Position numbers and translations under genes: made by a program
DNA from: a virus
Length of the DNA: 64,000 nt
IMG/VR virus record: IMGVR_UViG_3300003702_000496
Location: 1-64,000 of that record
Direction: 5' to 3' (one strand)
Part shown: in pieces, positions 20,902 through 30,400 of the stretch
How positions within the stretch are numbered: position 1 is the first letter of the stretch
How the letters are laid out: every line of letters starts with the position of its first letter
Notes under the pieces: generated by a model
The model's database searches: none
The model's input: the letters and a program-made list of their open reading frames with translations, nothing else
What the model was told of the DNA's origin: nothing

Positions 20902-22313
20902 TATGCGTACTCCTCTACAACGACAACCCCGTAGCCACCGCCATACGGCGTGTTGGCGATGTAGCCGCCCTCGCCGCAGCCAACAACTCTATGATTTGCC
21001 GTGCTGTTAGTGGCGCCACTGCTTTCATGCTTGCCTTGCATTCCGCCGCCCCAATATGTTGAACCTCCTGTGCCGCCGTAATCGCCACCTGACAAGCCTT
21101 GTTGACCTGTTCCTCCACCTTGGCCAGGGACGTTGATATCCCCACTCGACCCCTGACCCCCAATCCCAGGATATGCGTCACCGACATGACCGTGGGGGCC
21201 GCCGCCAGTTCCGCCCGTCGCAGAACAGTGACTGCCGAAACTAGTGGTTCCGCCAGCACTAGCTTGGTTGCTAGTCACTTGGGTTCCGCCGTTTCCAATT
21301 GTGACGCTAACTGAAGAAATAGAAGTGACATCTATTTTCTTGATTGCGGTCCCGCCACCACCGCCGCCACCGCCCCAATAGTAGCCGCCGCCACCGCCGG
21401 CACCAGTGACGTACACTATAATTTTCGTGATGCCGGATGGCTTAGTCCAAGTCCCAGTTGAAGAGAGGTATTGACAGCTTTGAAATCCACCACCACCACC
21501 AGTCTCAAACGCTGGAGGACTACCAGCACCAGTACTGGTTAAAACTTGGCCGTCAGTGCCAGTAGCAATTGCTACTGGATTGCCAGAAGCATCATAACTA
21601 ATTATATTTCCATCAGTTCCAGAGGCCATCTTAGCTAAAGTTACTGCATCATCAGCTATATGCGCCGTGTCAATTGAACCATCTACATAATGTTCTGAAT
21701 CTATTTGATCATCAACTATCTTAGCGCCTATAATCGCATTCGCTGCTATCTTGGCTGTTGTTACCTGTAAATCTCCAAGGTGTGCTGTATCAATTGAACC
21801 ATCTACATACATATCACTATCAATAGAATTATCAGCTAAAATAAATGTTTTAAGTCTTGAAGCCGCTGTCTTTCTATTAGTTCCACCGGCACCATCATCT
21901 ACAATGAATAGATCAACGTCAACAATGGCAGCACCAATATCTGTTCCGCCATCAATATCTATAGAAGAAAGAGTAGTGCCGCCGCCGGCGTTGATATAAG
22001 TTTTAAGTCTTGCAGCTGTTGTTTTTCTATTAGTACCACCGGCGCCATCATCAACAATCAACAAATCTGCATCAACGATATCAGCACCTATGTCTGTACC
22101 ACCATCTATGTCTAATGTTGTTAATGGCGTAGTTCCAGCAGTCAACCCTGTACCAGCACCAGTAAAGCTGGTTGCAGTAAATACACCTGTAGAACTTAAT
22201 GATGCAGTTTCAGTTGCCGCGGCACTTGTTACAGTTTTAAAACTTAATGAAGAATCTGAAACAGCAGATATACCTAGACCATTACCTAGGAAAGTGGTTA
22301 TAAGTTTTGACAT
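20901..22313 (-). CDS. Tail fibre protein with C-terminal glycine-rich domain
   Basis: Shared DIDGGTDIG repeats, DGSIDTAH repeats, WTKPSG...GAGGGG...GVVVVEEY. Confidence 0.82.
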   Translation of the reverse strand: MSKLITTFLGNGLGISAVSDSSLSFKTVTSAAATETASLSSTGVFTATSFTGAGTGLTAGTTPLTTLDIDGGTDIGADIVDADLLIVDDGAGGTNRKTTAARLKTYINAGGGTTLSSIDIDGGTDIGAAIVDVDLFIVDDGAGGTNRKTAASRLKTFILADNSIDSDMYVDGSIDTAHLGDLQVTTAKIAANAIIGAKIVDDQIDSEHYVDGSIDTAHIADDAVTLAKMASGTDGNIISYDASGNPVAIATGTDGQVLTSTGAGSPPAFETGGGGGFQSCQYLSSTGTWTKPSGITKIIVYVTGAGGGGGYYWGGGGGGGGTAIKKIDVTSISSVSVTIGNGGTQVTSNQASAGGTTSFGSHCSATGGTGGGPHGHVGDAYPGIGGQGSSGDINVPGQGGGTGQQGLSGGDYGGTGGSTYWGGGMQGKHESSGATNSTANHRVVGCGEGGYIANTPYGGGYGVVVVEEYA

Positions 22314-22357
22314 GTTACAAGCTCCTCTTGTCTATTTATGTTTAAAAAATTAGGCTT

Positions 22358-23548
22358 CTATAGCTCTAAAGCTGAATTAAATGGTTCCATACCAAAAACT
22401 TTTTCACAAGCATGACAGTCCCAACATCTATTTTTACAAGTCGAAAGTATCTTGCTTAAACCTCTACCCTTCGGAGTAGCCCAGATTAATTCTATATCTT
22501 CTTGGGCATGTTGGTTCTTCGTTATATTATTTATATAGGTCCACCCCATAGGAAGCCATCGGTCCACAATATAAGGAGCTAATTCCTTCTCATAAATTTC
22601 TTCAAAACAATCAGCAAACTCAAATTCTTTTGGACTCATATCATGGGCCCCCAATACTCCAACTTTCTTACTCGCCGCGCCTGACCAACACATACGAATA
22701 TTCTTCATTTCTACTGAAGGAGAAATTCTTCCACTGAATTTCATAACATCTGTATTAGTCATAAATAAATCAACAAGTTCCTTTGTTGCCATTGACATAT
22801 CAGTACCTAATCTTGGTAATCTCCCCCCAACACCTCTCCATTTCGTGCATGTCTGACTAAAGGTTTGCCAATAATTAGAGTCAGATTTCTGTAATTCCTC
22901 CTGCCAAGAATCATGTTCTCTTTTGAAAGGACAACTAGGCAAACAGCTCTCACTGGCAAGCAGAGAAACTTCACAACCTATTTTCTTGGCTTCCCGATAC
23001 ATCTCCTTTAGTAGATCGGAGTCTCTATTCAAAGAACGATCAAAAAGAATCGTGTTGTATCCTAATGCTGCGTAATCATAAACTTCCTGCGTTGTCTTGA
23101 CTTGGTGATTAACCGTATTCTTCCACAACATTTCTGGGAACTCTGATTGCAGAACACCTAACTTCATAAGATGAGTGTTACTAATCGTACAACTTCTCAC
23201 CCCAAGGTCATAATACACTTTTATATAATCAACAAATTGCTGAGTGACATCAGGGTCAGAAGCAATTTCACGCGGAATGTTCAACGAATTAACAGTTAAA
23301 GAACATTCAATCCCACAGTCATCCTGTAATCTAAGTAATTGTTCAAACTGTTTTTGAGTGGCGGCGACGCCCATAATCTCTCCGTATCGTTTATCTTCTC
23401 CTTTATAGTTATATATAAATTCAGAACCAAAATAGATATCCCGTATTTCTTTTTTATATTCAGGCGCAGAAGACTTAAACGCATTATAAAAATCTTCATG
23501 ATTGGGATGGTTATCCCAATGCGCCAAGGAAAATCTTTTTTCAAACAT
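22358..23548 (-). CDS. Peptidase U32-family-like (Fe-S, TIM-barrel) protein
   Basis: DIYF, GY..I.FDRSLNRD, ESCLPSCPFKREH, K.SGR and C-terminal CKNRCWDCHAC. Confidence 0.7.
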   Translation of the reverse strand: MFEKRFSLAHWDNHPNHEDFYNAFKSSAPEYKKEIRDIYFGSEFIYNYKGEDKRYGEIMGVAATQKQFEQLLRLQDDCGIECSLTVNSLNIPREIASDPDVTQQFVDYIKVYYDLGVRSCTISNTHLMKLGVLQSEFPEMLWKNTVNHQVKTTQEVYDYAALGYNTILFDRSLNRDSDLLKEMYREAKKIGCEVSLLASESCLPSCPFKREHDSWQEELQKSDSNYWQTFSQTCTKWRGVGGRLPRLGTDMSMATKELVDLFMTNTDVMKFSGRISPSVEMKNIRMCWSGAASKKVGVLGAHDMSPKEFEFADCFEEIYEKELAPYIVDRWLPMGWTYINNITKNQHAQEDIELIWATPKGRGLSKILSTCKNRCWDCHACEKVFGMEPFNSALEL

Positions 23549-24593
23549 GAGCCAACTCCAATAACGGTTTCAAATGCGTCTTATATGGAAGCCATTCTGA
23601 AGTCTTACGTTTATAAATAGGAGTTTTTACTTGAGATTTAGACGCCGTATTTACTTCACGATTATTTAGGTGAGGAGTAAAACACAAATCCTCAACGGGT
23701 ATTTCCAGATACTCAAATAAACTGTTTATTGTAGATCGGGAATCTGACACAAGTTTTTTATGATGCATAATATAAATACTATCTGGATATATTTTTTCCC
23801 AGTATTTTATTAAGTCAATGTGTCTGTTATAAAAATTACCTATATCAACTAAACTATAAGAAAACTCATTACCAGTTTCTTCCCAATCTTGTTTATAAAT
23901 AGACCAACAAACATCCATAAAATTTCTTTTACAAAAAACAATCTTGGCCTCTGGTAAACATGATTTTATAAACCCAATCCACCGAAAGTTTAACGGCATT
24001 TTGTCGGTAATATAACGATTACCTTTTGTTAATAATTTTATCTTCAAAAGATAATTACTTCGTATCGTCTTTAATACATCATGAATCTGTTCACGGCGGT
24101 TTATAATTATCGCCTCTTTATCAAACACTAGGGATGTAATTTTCAAAACTTCTTGTTCAAGAAAAGACAATTCACCACAACCTGTAACTTTAGAATGACC
24201 ACAAATAATTTGTTCTGTTATAGAAGTACCAGAACGAGGCATACCTACTATAAAGATGGGAACTATTTGATTATTATCTTGGTAATCTGAAACATCTATC
24301 GGAAAAGAATTTTTTAGTTTTCTTACAACTTCAACATCTATTCTATCTATGATTTCAAGAGGAAAAGTCGCTCGTCGTAATTTATTAGCTTTGTCCAGAC
24401 AAGAGAAAGCCAGATCGAAGCTTCCATATTTGTCATAGTATTTAAATTTAGTACGCCATTCATGGATATCCATCTCTAAATTGACGTTGACATCCATGAT
24501 GTTGTCCCATACTTCGTCGGTGAAAGCCTTATCGAAGTTTCCATATTTGTCATAGTATTTAAATTTAGTACGCCCTTCATGGATATTCATCAC
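23541..24593 (-). CDS. Sulfotransferase
   Basis: PIFIVGMPRSGTSITEQI PAPS-binding motif, DKMPLNF, VNTAS..QV. Confidence 0.9.
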   Translation of the reverse strand: MMNIHEGRTKFKYYDKYGNFDKAFTDEVWDNIMDVNVNLEMDIHEWRTKFKYYDKYGSFDLAFSCLDKANKLRRATFPLEIIDRIDVEVVRKLKNSFPIDVSDYQDNNQIVPIFIVGMPRSGTSITEQIICGHSKVTGCGELSFLEQEVLKITSLVFDKEAIIINRREQIHDVLKTIRSNYLLKIKLLTKGNRYITDKMPLNFRWIGFIKSCLPEAKIVFCKRNFMDVCWSIYKQDWEETGNEFSYSLVDIGNFYNRHIDLIKYWEKIYPDSIYIMHHKKLVSDSRSTINSLFEYLEIPVEDLCFTPHLNNREVNTASKSQVKTPIYKRKTSEWLPYKTHLKPLLELAHV

Positions 24594-24596
24594 TAA
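24405..24596. repeat. Direct repeat of ~75 bp (24405-24479 and 24522-24596), 117-bp period
   Basis: Near-identical ...ttccatatttgtcatagtatttaaatttagtacgcc... copies; encode IHE[GW]RTKFKYYDKYG[NS]FD twice. Confidence 0.9.
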
Positions 24597-24619
24597 ACCC
24601 TAAACCCCAATAGGTTTAT

Positions 24620-25006
24620 TCAAAGGCCTTCAACGGGAGGGTCAGGATCATTAACTTTAGGTACTTCATTTTTTACCGCTGTAATTTTATCCTTCCATTC
24701 TGTTGTTCCATTAATCTGATCCCAATACATCATATCCAACTGCGCCTGGATACTACCATATTTACTCTCGCGACCTATCTCCATTGCTACTCGTAGGCCT
24801 TTAGGACTTTTGTTATATTCATATTCTTCACGATATATTTTGTAGTCATCATCTTCTAAAATACGGTCGCCGTTTTGCACTACGGTGTCATCTGGTTTGC
24901 TAATCCATTTTAAATTGGGATGGACTTCAAATTCGCCATCGTCACCAACAATATCAACTATTATGCCAGGGTCATCACCTGTATCTGCCCAATATAAAAT
25001 TTTCAT
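24620..25006 (-). CDS. Tail-fibre-associated protein (chaperone-like)
   Basis: C-terminal Y.SI..QLDMMYWD..NGT..WKD.I.AVK..PK pattern typical of small genes beside fibre genes. Confidence 0.7.
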   Translation of the reverse strand: MKILYWADTGDDPGIIVDIVGDDGEFEVHPNLKWISKPDDTVVQNGDRILEDDDYKIYREEYEYNKSPKGLRVAMEIGRESKYGSIQAQLDMMYWDQINGTTEWKDKITAVKNEVPKVNDPDPPVEGL

Positions 25007-25018
25007 TTTTATTCTCCT

Positions 25019-25828
25019 TTACTTATACTCATACACAAGAACGCACCCACCGTGAATAAGGACCATCGCGCTATATCCGTTTGCAACTGCGCCGCCCGCA
25101 GCACCATAAGCACCTCCAGCATTGCGTACCGTGGTATTTGGTCCTGTTCTTGTTCCACCCATACCGCCACCAAAATAACTAGGAGCTCCTGCCGAGGAGT
25201 TATTGGATGTTCCTGTGTAATCACATTCACCAGCACCGCCGCGCATATTGAAATGCCCGCCCGTGCCTATGCCTCCTATACCTCCATTCCCGGCCGATGA
25301 CGCCTTCGATCCGCCTGTTGCAGAACAATGAGTACCAAAACTAGTAGTTTGACCAACAGTATTAGCTGCTGGCGCGCCGGCCACAGTAACCGTCACACTG
25401 GATATATTAGTAACATCTATAAACCTTTCTGAATATCCACCTGCGCCGGGCCCTTCGCCGCCATTGCAATTACTAGCTCCTCCTCCAACTAATTTTACAT
25501 GTACACTTTTTATTCCAGAAGGTTTTGTCCACGTTTGAGAAGATTGAGTTGTGCCGCTACTCACAAAAGTCTGCATAGACGCCATACCGCCGCCGGCCGC
25601 GGTGCTCATAGTTGGAGGCGCTCCAGCACCAGCCGAAGTTAATACTTGATCAGCGCTGCCAGTAGCAATTGCTACTGGATTGCCAGAAGCATCATAGCTA
25701 AGAATATTTCCATCAGTGCCAGAGGCCATCTTGGCTAAAGTTATTGCATTATCAGCAATCGCTGCTGATGGTATCTCACCTGTTAATTGAGTGCCAAAAT
25801 CATATTTTAATGAAGCATATGTTGCCAT
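25019..25828 (-). CDS. Short tail fibre / glycine-rich adhesin
   Basis: Shares the AITLAKMASGTDGN...VLTS.GAG linker and WTKPSG Gly-rich domain with 20901-22313. Confidence 0.78.
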   Translation of the reverse strand: MATYASLKYDFGTQLTGEIPSAAIADNAITLAKMASGTDGNILSYDASGNPVAIATGSADQVLTSAGAGAPPTMSTAAGGGMASMQTFVSSGTTQSSQTWTKPSGIKSVHVKLVGGGASNCNGGEGPGAGGYSERFIDVTNISSVTVTVAGAPAANTVGQTTSFGTHCSATGGSKASSAGNGGIGGIGTGGHFNMRGGAGECDYTGTSNNSSAGAPSYFGGGMGGTRTGPNTTVRNAGGAYGAAGGAVANGYSAMVLIHGGCVLVYEYK

Positions 25829-25860
25829 TTTCTTTACCCCTCCCTAGGGAGCCTCCCTAT

Positions 25861-26769
25861 TTATTTTTCTGTTAATAACCAGCCTTGAGTTGAATCTACA
25901 TAAACTAATTCAAGTCCGGCTCGTTCTGTTGTAACTGTCATATCTGCACTTGCTCCAGCAATCTTTTCTGAATTTCTTCCAACTGTACAAGTATTGCTAT
26001 CAAATGTTCCAGCATAATCAATTATACGAACATAATCTCCAATACTAGGAGAAGCTGGTAATGTCATTGTAAATGCTGAAGATGTTGTATTGACAAAATA
26101 TCCATTTCCTGAAACCATTGTTGTTGCACCAGTTACGACTGCTTGCCATTGAACACCGCCAGGATTATAAGTTTTTAATCTCGAAGCAGCAACTTTTCTA
26201 TTGGTTCCCCCAGCACCATCATCTATAATAAACAAATCTGCATCTACAATATCTGCACCAATATCTGTACCACCATCAATATTTAGATTGGCAATAGGAA
26301 CTTCACCAGCAGCATCTTCGACATAAGTTTTAAGACGAGAAGCAGCTACCTTACGGTTAGTTCCACCAGCACCATCATCAATAATCAACAAATCTGCATC
26401 AACGATAGCAGCACCAATATCAGTTCCACCATCAATATCTAGATTGACAAGACTAAACGCACCAGCACTAGCACCAACATAAGTGGCAAATCTTCCTGCC
26501 GTTGTTTTCCTATTCGTTCCACCAGCACCATCATCAATGATCAATAAATCTGCATCAACAATTGCAGCACCAATATCAGTTCCACCGTCAATATCTAATT
26601 CGGCAATAGCGACAGTTCCATCTGCTAAAGCTGTAGTTCCTGTAACATTTAATGCTCCAGCAACCGTTAATGTCGCACCACTTGGGACAGTAAAAGTATC
26701 ACCAGAATCCCCAATGGTCGTCGCTGTTCCACTTGCGGGTGAGATTTTATTTACTTTTAGTTCACTCAT
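25861..26769 (-). CDS. Tail fibre protein
   Basis: N-terminus nearly identical to 19161-20444; three DIDGGTDIG repeats; C-terminal GYFVNT..TLPASP..GD...GW domain. Confidence 0.8.
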   Translation of the reverse strand: MSELKVNKISPASGTATTIGDSGDTFTVPSGATLTVAGALNVTGTTALADGTVAIAELDIDGGTDIGAAIVDADLLIIDDGAGGTNRKTTAGRFATYVGASAGAFSLVNLDIDGGTDIGAAIVDADLLIIDDGAGGTNRKVAASRLKTYVEDAAGEVPIANLNIDGGTDIGADIVDADLFIIDDGAGGTNRKVAASRLKTYNPGGVQWQAVVTGATTMVSGNGYFVNTTSSAFTMTLPASPSIGDYVRIIDYAGTFDSNTCTVGRNSEKIAGASADMTVTTERAGLELVYVDSTQGWLLTEK

Positions 26770-26790
26770 GGTTTACTATCTCCTATTTAC

Positions 26791-26798
26791 TATTTATA
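26791..26798 (-). promoter_or_regulatory. T4-type late promoter
   Basis: Exact TATAAATA upstream of 26769. Confidence 0.8.
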
Positions 26799-26812
26799 TA
26801 GCATAGTTATTT

Positions 26813-27406
26813 TTAAATTACTTCTAAATCGCCGGTCACATTAACGGTGCCGGTGACGGTCATACTATTTAGAACAGCTAAAAAGCCAGTCACAGTAACA
26901 GTAACTCCAGAACTAACAGTTAATGGGCCTGTTGCACTAGCGTTAGTTCCGCTTGCGATTGTGACATTGTTATCTAATGTTGCAGTATTTACCCTAAATA
27001 CATCATCAAGTCCATCATCCGAATCGCCGCCGATTTCGCCAGCGCTCCTACCGAAAAAATAACCAGCACCACCACCGACATAAGTTTTAAGTCTTGCAAC
27101 TGTTGTTTTTCTATTGGTGCCGCCAGCACCATCATCAATAATCAACAAATCTGCATCAACGATAGCAGCACCTATGTCTGTCCCACCATCTATGTCTAAT
27201 GTTGTTAATGGCGTAGTTCCAGCAGTCAACCCTGTACCAGAACCACTGAAAGAAGTAGTTCCTGTAACAGTTAAATCACCTCCCACAGTTAAATCACCAG
27301 AAACAGTGTTTGGCGCAGTAATACCACTAACATCAGAAACCAAATTATTAAATTGGATTCTAAATTCTTCTAAACTATTAGTTGGAAGGATTGAACTCGT
27401 TGCCAT
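26813..27406 (-). CDS. Tail fibre / baseplate-associated protein
   Basis: N-terminal N.LEEFR..FN.L motif, one DIDGGTDIG repeat, NAS..GP.TV..GVTVTV C-terminus. Confidence 0.72.
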   Translation of the reverse strand: MATSSILPTNSLEEFRIQFNNLVSDVSGITAPNTVSGDLTVGGDLTVTGTTSFSGSGTGLTAGTTPLTTLDIDGGTDIGAAIVDADLLIIDDGAGGTNRKTTVARLKTYVGGGAGYFFGRSAGEIGGDSDDGLDDVFRVNTATLDNNVTIASGTNASATGPLTVSSGVTVTVTGFLAVLNSMTVTGTVNVTGDLEVI

Positions 27407-27425
27407 TTTTAATTCCTTATTATTC

Positions 27426-27433
27426 TATTTATA
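27426..27433 (-). promoter_or_regulatory. T4-type late promoter
   Basis: Exact TATAAATA upstream of 27406. Confidence 0.8.
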
Positions 27434-27449
27434 ACGTATTATACATCAT

Positions 27450-30400
27450 TTATGCTGCTACATTTGGATAATTAAAATTAATATTATCGTCTGTTGCGAG
27501 TTCAAACCTAAATCTTCCGCCCGCATCTGTGGAAGAACCATCTGTTCCGTTTAATAATATTGCACCATCCGATTCATCTTCCAAATCTATAGCTCCATAC
27601 TCTGAAATCAGAATATCAGCTGACCTTGTAATTGGTTCCAGAGTAGAATTAAGATAATTCTGAAATGGTATTGTTCCTTCGTTAATCTTATCTTCAACTA
27701 TTACTCTGTCACTCTCTAGTTCTAATTTATTGTTGGTTCCAAATCCAGTTTTGTTTTCAAGTAGTATGTTATCTCCGTGAGCACCAGAAGCCGTTGTTTC
27801 ATTTTCTTGCATGAAGAAACCACTCTCGTTACTCTCTTCTAAAATTATTGCTGTTTGTTTTACTGGTGTTGAACCACCTATGCGACCAAAACCAGCATCT
27901 ACATGAGAATTCAAAACAAGCAATGAAGGTCTAATAATATCTTCTAGTATGAAAGAATTGTATAGATATACACTTTCAGTAATTAAATATTCTCCAGCAT
28001 TCGTAGATGAAGAATCTGTACCATTAAGAACTACATTATCTCCAGCATTCGTAGATGAAGAATCTGTACCATTAAGAACAATATTATCATTTGAATATTC
28101 TCCAATATTTTCAAATGTAAAACTAGAGTCATTATTGGCATCAGTAGCATTTTCAAAAATAAGATTTGCTCCAGCATCTACAGGAACTGCATCGAGCGCG
28201 GCGGCGCTGCTTGATCCTATAGGTGTTTGAAAGGAATCATAATTTACCAAAAGATATCCACTTGTTGCAGTTCCTTTTTCTAATTCAAATTTTGCTGCAG
28301 GATTGTGGAAAGGATTTCTTGCAAGTGTTACCAAACCAGTTGATAGATGTCTTGGAGTGGATTGTGGAATATGTATCTTTATCGTAATAAAAGAAACAAG
28401 GGAAACATCGTGATTAGGTCCACCACCCTTGAAAGAAGTTTCAAGTTGTTGCGAACCACCGGCCTCATTCAACAAAGTTGCAAGAGTATTGGTGGGTTGT
28501 AATCCAAATTTATTAAAGATAATTCCAGCAGAAGCATCTTCTAATTCCATAGAATCACCAGCATTTGTAAATGAAGAATCTGTACCATCCAGAAGAATAT
28601 CACTGCCTGCATCTGTTCTTGTTACAACATCACTATTTCCAGCACTATCTCCAGTATTATTTAAAATTAAATTAGTTGTGACTGCTTCTGATTTCTCTGA
28701 TATAATTTTATCTCCAGCATTTGTCGAAGATGAATCAGTTCCATTAAGAACAATGACTCCATTTCCACCAGCACTGGTATCTGTTGCACCTTCAAGCTCT
28801 ACTCCGACAAAATCAATATAGGCAAACAAAGGAGCTTCTTCTATAATATAAGACCCAGCATTTGTCGAAGATGAATCAGTTCCATTAAGAATAATAGAGT
28901 CACCCGCAACATTTATATCTTCAGCTTCTTCTAATATGATTTGTTCTTCAAGTCCACCTAGGGCAATATCAGCAACACCAAGACGACGTTGCATTTTTTC
29001 GGAGAACAATACTTCAAGAGTAGAAGCAAGTATTGGAGAGAATTTATCTTCTGGTGCAGCTATGTCAAGATCGCTATACCATCCACCACCAAGACTTGAA
29101 CCAGCATTTGTTATTGCAGCAGAAATCGAAGATGCAACTTTTACCTTACCAAATACAGCCCAACCCGCTGGATGAACTGCCTTCTTTAATTTATCGAGAT
29201 AAGTATTTATTCCAAATCCTGCTTGAATTTCATAGGAAAATTGCTGATAATAGTAAGAATCTTGAATACGATTTAAATCTTCACCAATAAGACTTTCTAT
29301 GTTGGTTCCATAAGTTTTACTAGTTTCCATAGTAGTTGCTATTGTCGAAGAACCTTTTGCAATATTGGCCTTTACAATTTTTGCTGTTGCACCACTCGAA
29401 TCCGTGATAGTCGTAGGATGAGGATTAATACCAGTAGCTCCAGAAAAGAAATCTATGGCATCTTGATTAATAATACTATCGTCAACATTTGTTAAACTTG
29501 AATCTGTACCATTAAGTGCTACCACACCATCTGCAGCTGCAACATTCTGTAAGAGTTTCGCTCCAACATTTGTAGAATCTGAATCTGTTCCCTCTAAAAT
29601 AATTGTATTGTTATTACCATGCTCTTCATTTAACAAATCTCCACCAGCATTACTTAATGAACTATCTGTACCATTAAGAATAATAGTACTAGGATTAATA
29701 TCTTCAGACGCATTAGTTATAAGAAAAGTGCCAGCACCAGATGATCTTGAAGAAATTAATTGTGAGTCCTCATGTATAATTCTTCCCGCGGCAGGATTAT
29801 TACCAAGAGACTCAGCCGTTTCCAATACAAAAATATCACCAGTTCCAGATTCATTTGCAATACCATCACCAATAGAAGTTCCATCTCTTGAACTTGCTTC
29901 TAATTGTATAGGGGGAAAGAACTCATTATCTGGCACTTCTTGAATAATTGCACTACCAGAAGTTTGACCTGTTCCAGATTCAAGAATCATATATCCATCA
30001 AGAGTATCCTCAGCATTTAAAGCAATTCTTATACCATCAGCATCTACTATATTATCTTCTTCATCAAAAGAACGATTTATACCAATCGTGGTAACTTTAA
30101 CATCATTACCATCTCTTAACGAATCTTCAAGAGCAATTTCTTCTTCATCACCAGTTTCCAATGTTACTCTTACAACATCTTCAAATGTTGTTTGTAGAAT
30201 ATTGGTCGATGAATCAAATGATGAAACAGTTCCTGTATGAGTGGTAAGAGTATTTTTAGCAACAAAAGTTCCTGTTATATCTTTAAGAGTAAAATTTGCT
30301 TTGAATACTAATTCTGGCGCACTACTATAATTAAATCCCTGATTGATTATTACTGTATCGCCAACAGAACCAATGTTATCTGTTGTTGCGAGAAGAGCTG

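Noticed and set aside
18262-27406. Diversity-generating retroelement or invertible shufflon acting on fibre genes
   Set aside because: No reverse transcriptase or invertase in the window; repeats are direct, lie within coding sequence and differ mostly at synonymous positions rather than adenine-specifically
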